DNA of 18,195 nt, from the NCBI GenBank assembly GCA_018238625.1, contig JABCSY010000085.1, positions 1-18,195 on the forward strand, read 5' to 3'. A program made the translations under genes and the position numbers. A model generated the notes under the pieces. It saw only the letters and a list, made by a program, of their open reading frames with translations. It did no database searches and was not told where the DNA came from. This stretch comes from Promethearchaeota archaeon (GTDB lineage Archaea > Asgardarchaeota > Lokiarchaeia > Sigyniarchaeales > SOKP01). Below are positions 8,561 through 16,571 of this stretch, piece after piece (position 1 is the first letter of the stretch; the number at the start of each line of letters is the position of its first letter).

Positions 8561-8666
8561 GCGGGAAATGAAATAATCTCATTACTCAAGATCTTCTTCA
8601 TTAAGTTATGGAAAATACCAATACTTTCAGTTGGGTCAGAGCTTTCAACGAAAAATCATTTCCCGC
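8561..8666 (-). ncRNA. Candidate box C/D guide sRNA; predicted target C34 of tRNA-Leu(CAA)
   Basis: Perfect 11-bp terminal stem GCGGGAAATGA/TCATTTCCCGC. Minus-strand order: degenerate C (UUGAAAG, 8648-8642), guide, D' CUGA (8630-8627), hairpin, C' AUGAAGA (8601-8595), 12-nt guide AGAUCUUGAGUA, D AUGA (8582-8579). The second guide is antisense to ACUCAAGAUCU, a Leu(CAA) anticodon arm. Confidence 0.68.
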
Positions 8667-8684
8667 ATATTTAAATTATTACAA

Positions 8685-9320
8685 TTATAAGACAACATCA
8701 CCATCGATCCTTACAATTCTTCCATCGACATGCAACCGTTTATCGCAATATAATTCTATCGCTTTAGGAAAGATTTTATGCTCCCATTCTAAAACTCTTG
8801 GTCCTAAAGTTTTTTCTGTGTCAGTATCGTACACAGGAACACATTTTTGGATGATGATGGGACCATGATCCGATTGAGGATCCACAAAATGAATTGTAGT
8901 ACCTGAAACCTTCACGCCGTATTCCAAAACATCTTTGTGAGCGTGCATGCCTTTGAAAGAAGGTAAAAGAGCCGGATGGATATTCATAACGTTCCCATTG
9001 AAAGCATCGATAAAACTTTGGCTTACTAATCTCATATAACCGACTAAAACAACTAATTCACAATCGTATTTTTTTAGTACAGCTATCATCTTTTTGTCGA
9101 ATTCTTCTCTGGGGAGATGGAGAAACTGATTAGATTCAATTAATTCACAAGGTATGTTATGATTTTTCGCTCGTTCCATGCAAAATGCTCCAGTTTTGTT
9201 GCAAATAAGTACTTTTACATCCGCCTTATTTTTCAAAATCCCTTCCTCGCATGCTTTAATTATTGCTTCGAAGTTACTCCCAGAACCAGAGGCGATCGCA
9301 CCTATTTTTAATTTTTTCAT
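8685..9320 (-). CDS. purN: Phosphoribosylglycinamide formyltransferase
   Basis: Motifs ASGSGSNFEAI, LVGYMRLV, MNIHPALLPSFKG, SGTTIHFVD..DHGPIIIQ and EHKIFP. Confidence 0.97.
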   Translation of the reverse strand: MKKLKIGAIASGSGSNFEAIIKACEEGILKNKADVKVLICNKTGAFCMERAKNHNIPCELIESNQFLHLPREEFDKKMIAVLKKYDCELVVLVGYMRLVSQSFIDAFNGNVMNIHPALLPSFKGMHAHKDVLEYGVKVSGTTIHFVDPQSDHGPIIIQKCVPVYDTDTEKTLGPRVLEWEHKIFPKAIELYCDKRLHVDGRIVRIDGDVVL

Positions 9321-9515
9321 AGTTCGTTCTAATTTTCTCTTTTAAAAAAAGTTTATCATTAAAGCAAAAGAAAAACCCCCTCCTACTAGTTTTGGATAAA
9401 ATCCATAATGACAATATTTTTATTCTATTAACTCATATATTATTTAGAAATTAGAATTAATTCGTTGTTAAATATAATCTCTAGTATTAGTATTAATATC
9501 TAAGAATTGTTCTAT

Positions 9516-9539
9516 TTGTTTAAAACATTGTTTAAAACA
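9516..9539. repeat. Perfect 12-bp tandem duplication (TTGTTTAAAACA)x2, each copy palindromic (TGTTT-A-AAACA); possible operator
   Basis: Read directly at 9516-9527 and 9528-9539 in the divergent purN/aCPSF1 intergenic region. The regulatory role is inference. Confidence 0.55.
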
Positions 9540-9694
9540 CCAGATTAATTGTATATATAATTTTGAAGGAGATTATAAATAGGTTATAAAAAATAATTCA
9601 ATTTAAAGAAAAGACTATTCTAAGTAATAAGAGAATCAATAACTTTTACATTTTTAAAACCAGATAAGAATTACATAAAAAGAATTGAGTATAT

Positions 9695-11605
9695 ATGAGT
9701 TTCGAAGGAGAACTACAAAGAATTAAGGATCAAATCATTTCACATTTACCTCCCGGTATCAAGGTTAAAAAAATAGAATTTGAGGGTCCTGAAATAGCCG
9801 TTTATTCTGAAAATGATAATTTGGATCTTATTGAAAGTTCAGATATTTTAAAAGAGTTAGCGAAAACTATGCGCAAAAGGGTAGTTTTTCGCTGGAACGC
9901 TGAGAAGCGAAAGGATCCATCTGAAACAGAAGATTACATAAGGAATTTAATAGTTGAAAACGCTGAAATCACCAATATTGAATTTGATCATACTCGTGGA
10001 GAAGTTATTATAGAATCGGTAAAACCAGGGTTGGTTATTGGAAAAAAAGGCGTAAATTTAAAGGAAATTCGAATGAACACTTTCTGGCAACCAAAAACGA
10101 TAAGAACGCCACCGTTGGAATCGAGAACCCTTAAATTAATTAGAGGGATGTTGAGTAAAGAAAGACAAAACCAAAAAGATATACTCTTGAATATTGGAAA
10201 GAGAATTCACCGCCCTACCATTTTTAGAGATTTAGATATTCGCCTAACTGCCTTAGGTGGTTTTAGAGAGGTTGGTAGATCGTGTATCTTAATGCAAACA
10301 AGAGATAGTAATATTCTTCTTGATGTAGGGTTAAATGTCGGCAACAAAAGCGATCCATTTCCAAACTTTGATATTCCAGAGTTTTCAATAAGGGATTTAG
10401 ACGCCGTAATAGTCTCTCATGCCCACTTAGATCATTGTGGAATGGTACCTTTTTTATTTAAGTATGGATATAAAGGTCCCGTATATTCTACGCTCCCTAC
10501 ACGAAACCTATCGACCATGTTGCAATTAGACTTCGTTCAGATTTGCGAAAAAGAAGGTATACCGGGTCCTTATTCTAAAAGGGATGTAAAAAGCGCCGTA
10601 CTCCATACGATTCCCCTTTCATGGGGGAAAGTTACGGATATCGCTCCCGATATTAAGTTAACACTTCACAATTCTGGGCACATATTAGGCTCTTCAATAA
10701 TTCATTTACATTTCGGAAAAGGTGGATTCAATTTTATATACACGGGAGATTTTAAATATCAAAAAACTAGACTTCTAGAAAAGGCGGCTGTAAAATTTCC
10801 TAGAGTTGAAGCCCTACTTATTGAATCAACTTATGGAGGTCCTCAAGATCGCATCCCAAGTAGACAAGATTCTGAAAGAGACCTTAGACAAATTTTAAAT
10901 TCGACGATCAAGAGAGGCGGCAAAATTTTGATTCCTGTATTAGCAGTAGGACGAGCCCAAGAGCTAATAATCGTGTTAGAAGAGTTCATATCAAAGGGTA
11001 TTATTGATCATGTCCCAATCTTTTTAGACGGATTAATCTCAGAAGCAACAGCTATACATACAGCAAACCCCGATTTTCTTAGTTCTGACTTAAGAGAAAA
11101 AATATTACATCAGGGCAAAAACCCATTTTTAAGCGATTTTTTCACGACTATTTCTGGTCATGAGGAAAGGAACGATGTAATTATGGGTGGACCTTGTATT
11201 ATCTTAGCTACGAGCGGTATGTTAATCGGAGGACCTTCAGTTCAATATTTAAGAAGGTTAGCCGAAGATAAGAAAAATTCTCTTGTATTCGTATCTTACC
11301 AAGTAAATGGAACTTTGGGAAGCAGAGTTCAGCGTGGTTTCCGCGAAATTCAATACACCAATGAGAAAGGAAGGACACAGCTTATCCGCCTGAACATTAA
11401 CATATTCACACTTGAGGGTTTTTCCGGTCATTCGAGTCGAAGCCAAATTTCGCAATTCTTGCGTAGAATTCAGCCCAGACCAAAATTAGTTATAATAAAC
11501 CACGGCGAAGAAAGCAAATGTGTAAGCTTGTCGACGATGATACATAAAAAACTAAGAAAAGCCACCAAAGCTCCAAGAAACAGAGAGTCTCTTTCGCTCA
11601 GGTAA
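9695..11605 (+). CDS. aCPSF1: Archaeal CPSF1 / FttA beta-CASP ribonuclease (KH-KH-MBL-betaCASP), transcription termination factor
   Basis: 636 aa. N-terminal KH region (EFEGPEI, KPGLVIGKKG), LGGFREVGRSC, SHAHLDH, SGHILGS, YTGD, IESTYG, FSGHS and NHGE. Confidence 0.97.
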   Translation: MSFEGELQRIKDQIISHLPPGIKVKKIEFEGPEIAVYSENDNLDLIESSDILKELAKTMRKRVVFRWNAEKRKDPSETEDYIRNLIVENAEITNIEFDHTRGEVIIESVKPGLVIGKKGVNLKEIRMNTFWQPKTIRTPPLESRTLKLIRGMLSKERQNQKDILLNIGKRIHRPTIFRDLDIRLTALGGFREVGRSCILMQTRDSNILLDVGLNVGNKSDPFPNFDIPEFSIRDLDAVIVSHAHLDHCGMVPFLFKYGYKGPVYSTLPTRNLSTMLQLDFVQICEKEGIPGPYSKRDVKSAVLHTIPLSWGKVTDIAPDIKLTLHNSGHILGSSIIHLHFGKGGFNFIYTGDFKYQKTRLLEKAAVKFPRVEALLIESTYGGPQDRIPSRQDSERDLRQILNSTIKRGGKILIPVLAVGRAQELIIVLEEFISKGIIDHVPIFLDGLISEATAIHTANPDFLSSDLREKILHQGKNPFLSDFFTTISGHEERNDVIMGGPCIILATSGMLIGGPSVQYLRRLAEDKKNSLVFVSYQVNGTLGSRVQRGFREIQYTNEKGRTQLIRLNINIFTLEGFSGHSSRSQISQFLRRIQPRPKLVIINHGEESKCVSLSTMIHKKLRKATKAPRNRESLSLR

Positions 11606-11736
11606 TCCATTCATCTCTTTGTTTTATTATTTTGAAGATTTCAGCTACAGCTAAATGTTTTATTGTAATTTTTTAAAAAATTATAATTAGTAATTATTAA
11701 TTTACTAAAGAAATATATTTTAAAGGAGTTGATATT

Positions 11737-12171
11737 TTGCCAACAGTAGAAAAAAAAATAGAAATTAAAGCTTCCGTAGAAAAAGTTTACGATGTATTAA
11801 ACGACTACATGATTTTACCAAAATGGAATATCGTTGTAACTGAAATCGAACAGCTCGAATCCAAAAAATATTTCTTAAAAACTAATGTAGGAGACGTGAC
11901 AAATATAGAAATAGAGAATATACCTCACGAGAAGATGACATCAATCCAAGAGGGAAGCCCTATGAAGAAAATTGGTTATATTTTCGAACCGAAAGGGGAT
12001 GCAACTAAAGTGACGCTTTGGGCTGAATTTGAATTAGAAGACCAAAGAATGATCATGGAAATGGCTGGAGATTTATTTTTAAAAAGTTTAAAAGTTTATA
12101 TGGATTACCTGGTAGCGGGTGGAGATCCAGAAGAGTATAAAAAGTCCTTCAGTAAAATTAAAAAAGCTTAA
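11737..12171 (+). CDS. SRPBCC/START-like (polyketide cyclase family) ligand-binding protein
   Basis: N-terminal VEKKIEIKASVEKVYDVLND...PKWN pattern and a C-terminal helix LKSLKVYMD. TTG start preceded by GGAG. Confidence 0.8.
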   Translation: MPTVEKKIEIKASVEKVYDVLNDYMILPKWNIVVTEIEQLESKKYFLKTNVGDVTNIEIENIPHEKMTSIQEGSPMKKIGYIFEPKGDATKVTLWAEFELEDQRMIMEMAGDLFLKSLKVYMDYLVAGGDPEEYKKSFSKIKKA

Positions 12172-12252
12172 AAAAATTGCTTTTTCTATTTTTTCAATCC
12201 TAAAGACTAATTTTTTTAACCAGCAATTATTTATTAATTTAAAATTTAACTA

Positions 12253-13203
12253 GTGATATCTTTGAGATTTAAAAGGTTAAAAGTAAGGGAAAACTTAATT
12301 ACAATCACTCGAAGAATAATTCAGATTTTAGCGTTTTTAATGATAAATTATGTAATTATTGAAGCAATTCTTCCTATTAACCTATTAAGTTTAGAAGGAA
12401 TTCTTAAGGCACTACCTATTTTAAACTCGCCAAGAAATCCTCTTTCTAATGGAGCTGGAATGATAGAATATATTTTCTTCTCCATGGCTGAAGGCGTATT
12501 CCCATTTTTTCTTATCGCTTTGTTAATATTAATATTATTATTTTCAAATCGGTTTTTTTGTGGATGGATATGCCCGATTGGGGCGATCCAAGATGTATGT
12601 GCTGCGATACCTACTAAAAAAAAGAAGATAAATCTTGGAACCCATAAGAGTCTTCTCAACATAAAGTATGTTTTTATAATTATTATCACAATAATCATTT
12701 TCCCATTAGGAATTACAAAAAATACGAATGTTCTGTTTTATCTTGATTTAAAAACCCAGTTAGGTGTTTTTGCTCAACGACCAATAGGATTTTTTTCTTT
12801 GTCTGAATTTATTTTTGTTTTTCTTCCAGATATAATTCAGAATATCTTTTTACCAGTAAAATTCGAAACTTTAGAACCTGGAGGATACATTATATTAGGT
12901 CTCTACACTTTAATCCTGGTTCTTTCGGTGTGGTATCCACGAATATATTGTAGGTATATTTGCCCTTTTGCAGCAGTTTCCTCAGCCATAACTGATTATT
13001 CCTTTCTAAAATTGGCCAGAAACCCCGTTAAATGTGTAGGTCGATCTGAATGTGGGATCTGTGAAGATATTTGCCCAAAACAAATTAGAATATTAGATGA
13101 ACCGTTTGAATTTTTCACGGGTAAAGGTGAGTGTAACTTTTGTTTGGAGTGTAAAGAGAAGTGTCCTCATGATGCGATATTAATAAAATTTATAAACATT
13201 TAG
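12253..13203 (+). CDS. Membrane 4Fe-4S-binding protein (NapH/MauN/YccM-like)
   Basis: Several TM helices, two CX3CP motifs (RFFCGWICPIG, YCRYICPF), and C-terminal ferredoxin motifs CX5CXXCX3CP and CXXCXXCX3CP. Exact start uncertain. Confidence 0.88.
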   Translation: MISLRFKRLKVRENLITITRRIIQILAFLMINYVIIEAILPINLLSLEGILKALPILNSPRNPLSNGAGMIEYIFFSMAEGVFPFFLIALLILILLFSNRFFCGWICPIGAIQDVCAAIPTKKKKINLGTHKSLLNIKYVFIIIITIIIFPLGITKNTNVLFYLDLKTQLGVFAQRPIGFFSLSEFIFVFLPDIIQNIFLPVKFETLEPGGYIILGLYTLILVLSVWYPRIYCRYICPFAAVSSAITDYSFLKLARNPVKCVGRSECGICEDICPKQIRILDEPFEFFTGKGECNFCLECKEKCPHDAILIKFINI

Positions 13204-13248
13204 GCCGAATTGATAAAAATTTTGATAAGAGACCTACAATAAGCAGCA

Positions 13249-14460
13249 ATGGATCCTAAAAACCTTAAAATTTACCGATTACATATGCGTAGAGATTCTG
13301 ATATTGGATTTAAGGCCGTATCCGATTCTCAAGCGGTACGCTTGCACGAAGAAGACGATGAGTCTAAAATCGATATTAGACCCTCCTTTTTCAGAGATGT
13401 TGACCGTATCGTTCATAGCAAAGCATATGCGCGTTATATAGACAAAACACAAGTCTTTTTTGGTGTTAACAACGCAAATATCACACATCGTTCGTTACAT
13501 GTTTTATTAGTCTCAAGAATTGCTCGTCAGATCGGGCGAATATTAAAACTAAATACTGATTTAATGGAAGCTATAAGTTTAGCACACGACATAGGTCATA
13601 GCCCAAGGGGACACCTAGGCGAAAAAATACTGAATGACATAAGTAACAAGTATAATATGGGTACATTTAATCACAATGCTCAAGGCTGTCGTTGGTTGTC
13701 TTACTTAGAAAAAAGGTTTCCAAATAAACCTGCGAAAGGATTAAATTTAACGCTACAAGTATTAGACGGAATTCTTTGTCACGACGGTGAAGTTTACGAA
13801 CAAGGATTAAAACCAATTGAAGTGAATGGAAAAACTTGGGAAGCCCATTTAAATGAATACAACGACGCATTTCACGAAAACAAAATAAAAAGAATCCCAA
13901 TGTCTTATGAGGGCGTAGGAGTTAGGTTGGCAGACACAATAGCATACATCGGAAGAGATATCGAAGATGCGATTTTAATTAAATTCATTAAAAGGTCTGA
14001 CTTACCTAAAAGTTGCACAAATGTGCTTGGAGATACAAACCGAAAAATAATGAAAACTCTTATTATGGACCTTTTAAATAATAGCCTTGATAGCGATATA
14101 ATTGGTTATAGCGAAGAAATTTTTGAAGCGTTAAAAAGATTGAAGGAATTTAATTATAAACAAATATACACTCGAAGAGATCTTTACAAAAGTAAAAGTT
14201 CAAAAATATCTTACATAGAAAACTTAACTAATCAGTTTGAATTAATATTTGAAAAATCTCTGAAGGATTTGGAGGAAAATAACTTCAACGCTCCGATTTT
14301 TAAAGATCACATAGAATATATCGACGATGAAAACTATTCTACTTACTTTAAACCTCTTAAAGCTCAAAATAAGTTAACTTTGATAGTACGAGATTATATT
14401 GCTGGAATGAGTGATAAGTATTTCAACGAGATATTTAGAAAATACAATCTTAAGCACTAA
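13249..14460 (+). CDS. HD-domain dGTP triphosphohydrolase-like protein
   Basis: Motifs RPSFFRDVDRIVHSKAYARYIDKTQVF, THRSLH, AHDIGH, FNHNAQ, ADTIAY..DIED and DYIAGMSDKY. Confidence 0.9.
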   Translation: MDPKNLKIYRLHMRRDSDIGFKAVSDSQAVRLHEEDDESKIDIRPSFFRDVDRIVHSKAYARYIDKTQVFFGVNNANITHRSLHVLLVSRIARQIGRILKLNTDLMEAISLAHDIGHSPRGHLGEKILNDISNKYNMGTFNHNAQGCRWLSYLEKRFPNKPAKGLNLTLQVLDGILCHDGEVYEQGLKPIEVNGKTWEAHLNEYNDAFHENKIKRIPMSYEGVGVRLADTIAYIGRDIEDAILIKFIKRSDLPKSCTNVLGDTNRKIMKTLIMDLLNNSLDSDIIGYSEEIFEALKRLKEFNYKQIYTRRDLYKSKSSKISYIENLTNQFELIFEKSLKDLEENNFNAPIFKDHIEYIDDENYSTYFKPLKAQNKLTLIVRDYIAGMSDKYFNEIFRKYNLKH

Positions 14461-14561
14461 TAATTGCTTGACTATTCAGAAGTTTCAAGTCATCTTAATT
14501 TTAACCTTACAAAATTTATCAAGATATCATATTTTGAGAGTTAATATAATAAAAACAAAAC

Positions 14562-16154
14562 TTACAATTGTTTTTTAAAGTAATCAGTATTAATATCTTG
14601 AAAACATGAATCGATTGATTCGATTTCTTCAAGTTCCTGCAATGCAATTCTTTCCTTCTCGTTAAAATTTTTTGCTGCCCATAAAAGTTTGTTAAAGCGT
14701 TGATGGTGATGGTGAAACCTTTGATTTGCGTATTCTTTCGCTTGTTTTGTATAAAGAAGAAACGGCCAATCACTTCCTTCCATTAATAATAACTCCCGAG
14801 TGGCTTGTTTTAATATTCTCTGTTCCCAATCATTTGGATTTGGATTCACTTCTAATATTTTTTCAAGTTCTTTAATTGATGATTTTATATAGGGCCAAAT
14901 CCATCCATGATCTGGATTCTTCCACACTTGAAAATGCCCTCCTTCACCCCAACTACTCTCTCCCATTCTTATTATTGAAAATTCATCTCTATATTTTGAA
15001 ATGTACTCAGATATAGTCATCATTTCTATATTTTCATGGGTATGTATTAATTCAAATATCTTTTTTAACCAATTAATTCCCTCCATCCACCAGTGACCAT
15101 ATAGTTCAAAATCGTAAGGAGATATAATTATCCCCTTTGTATTGAACTTACTTTTAAAAACTTTCAATTCGTTATGTAAAACTGAAATAAAATGATTTGC
15201 ATGCTCCTCAACTCTTTCTTGTGCTATTGCAATTTCATAGAGCTTTTTGTTTTCTTTTTCTGTGGTTTTATCAGTAATTCTCCAATAATGTAAGCCTGAT
15301 TCGTGATCTTTCCTATGAAATTCGCGATAATATTCATTACCTGGATATCCTATTTTGGAATCCCATACTTGTTTACTTGTGTCTTTATTTCGACCAAATA
15401 CAGAAACCCCCGTTTCTAAAGTATACCCAAAGTTTGTGTTTAAACCAATATCATTATTTTGTTCGATCAATACAGCGTCCAATATTCCATGAGAATCTAC
15501 AAAGAAATATTGAATATCAGAATTATTCAACCAATAATCAATACTCTCTCTTACTTTTCCTTCCTTAAACTCCTTAGGTCGATAAGCACATTCAGGAAGC
15601 CAGATTCCTTTTGGTTCTCGACCAAAATATTTTTTATGAGTGTCTACAGCTAATTGGATTTGCGAAAATATCGCGGAATCACTTTCAAATAAGGGTAAAA
15701 AGCCATGAGTTGCTCCACAAGTTATTAATTCGATCATATTTACGTCTTGAAGCCACTTGAAACTTCCTAATATATCTCTATAATAATTTTGGTAAAATGT
15801 ATCTAAGACATATTCAAAATTTTGCAAGTGAAATTCAGCAATGTCTTTTCTTTTGCGATCACTTTCAAATCGTTTAATATCATTTTTAGCTCTTGAAATT
15901 AAACTATCCATATATTCTGTAAATCGTTGTTTCATATAATCATCTGCAAGGAGCTCAGCTAGAATCGGGGTTATATTTATAGTTAAAGCCGTTTTAATAT
16001 TTCTTTCCTTTAAATCCCTTAAGAGATTCAACACGGGAATATATGTTTCCAACATGGCTTCAAAAACCCACTCTTCACCGGCAGGCCAAGTTCCAGATCT
16101 TTTACACCACGGGATATGTCCGTGTAAAACCAAGCCAAAATACCCAAAACTCAT
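14562..16154 (-). CDS. GH57 1,4-alpha-glucan branching enzyme (DUF1957 C-terminus)
   Basis: Motifs VLHGHIP, ETYIP, ATHGFLP, WLPECAY (nucleophile Glu), PYDFELYGHWW (acid/base Asp), SSWGEGG and SDWPF. Confidence 0.93.
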   Translation of the reverse strand: MSFGYFGLVLHGHIPWCKRSGTWPAGEEWVFEAMLETYIPVLNLLRDLKERNIKTALTINITPILAELLADDYMKQRFTEYMDSLISRAKNDIKRFESDRKRKDIAEFHLQNFEYVLDTFYQNYYRDILGSFKWLQDVNMIELITCGATHGFLPLFESDSAIFSQIQLAVDTHKKYFGREPKGIWLPECAYRPKEFKEGKVRESIDYWLNNSDIQYFFVDSHGILDAVLIEQNNDIGLNTNFGYTLETGVSVFGRNKDTSKQVWDSKIGYPGNEYYREFHRKDHESGLHYWRITDKTTEKENKKLYEIAIAQERVEEHANHFISVLHNELKVFKSKFNTKGIIISPYDFELYGHWWMEGINWLKKIFELIHTHENIEMMTISEYISKYRDEFSIIRMGESSWGEGGHFQVWKNPDHGWIWPYIKSSIKELEKILEVNPNPNDWEQRILKQATRELLLMEGSDWPFLLYTKQAKEYANQRFHHHHQRFNKLLWAAKNFNEKERIALQELEEIESIDSCFQDINTDYFKKQL

Positions 16155-16320
16155 TTTTATAGTAAGTAATTAATATTGGTAAATTTAGTTATTTCGAATA
16201 TATTAAAAAATTTAGTAAAATTCAAGTTCTAAAACAAAATATAGAGACTTTTAATTATTCAAAGGTTAATTATTTCTCTAAAAATACTAGTAAAATTAAT
16301 CGTTTACTTTTTCGAGAAAG

Positions 16321-16468
16321 TGGATTACACATGGAGGAGCAATTTTTTTTTTTAGTTTATACGGGGTTTTGTTTTTTTTCAGTCACGGGTTTAATACTCT
16401 ATTTAGAAGAGTATTAAGAAAAACAAGTTTTTTTTTTAGCAACCTCCAATTAAGAACTGTGTAATCCA
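16321..16468. other. Structured intergenic element with nested inverted repeats (candidate ncRNA or MITE-like element)
   Basis: TGGATTACACA (16321-16331)/TGTGTAATCCA (16458-16468); TGGAGG (16332-16337)/CCTCCA (16443-16448); TTGTTTTT (16369-16376)/AAAAACAA (16419-16426); TTAATACTCT (16391-16400)/AGAGTATTAA (16408-16417). Function unknown. Confidence 0.55.
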
Positions 16469-16571
16469 ATAAATTATAAGGTTAAAAAACTATAAAAATC
16501 TATCTTTATTCAGAATAATAAAATTTTTTACAGAAAATATATTATTATTTATCAAATCTTTATTTTATTAA

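Noticed and set aside
8561-8666. SECIS element in the purN 3' UTR
   Set aside because: The 5' AUGA is Watson-Crick paired in the terminal stem rather than forming the SECIS core, and neither neighbouring gene has an in-frame TGA.
8561-8667. Plus-strand reading as a degenerate or permuted tRNA-Leu (GCGGGAA...TTCCCGC-A ends, CTCAAGA loop, D-loop-like CAGTTGGGTCAGAGC)
   Set aside because: No anticodon stem or T-arm forms and the parts are in the wrong order. The tRNA-like words are better explained as complements of guides flanked by C/D boxes on the minus strand.
7426-8868. Plus-strand ORFs 7426-7662 and 8608-8868
   Set aside because: Antisense to the EF-2 paralog and to purN/the sRNA candidate; no protein motifs.
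9371-9405. Origin recognition box (G-string GGAGGGGGT on minus), and the mini-ORB-like TTACACATGGA at 16325-16335
   Set aside because: The core TCCA-x-GAAA ORB pattern is not matched, the motifs are not repeated, and no cdc6/orc1 gene is in the window.
16361-16371. CAAAACCCC on minus resembling a ciliate telomerase template
   Set aside because: A nine-base low-complexity match with no second repeat and no reverse transcriptase nearby; most likely coincidence.
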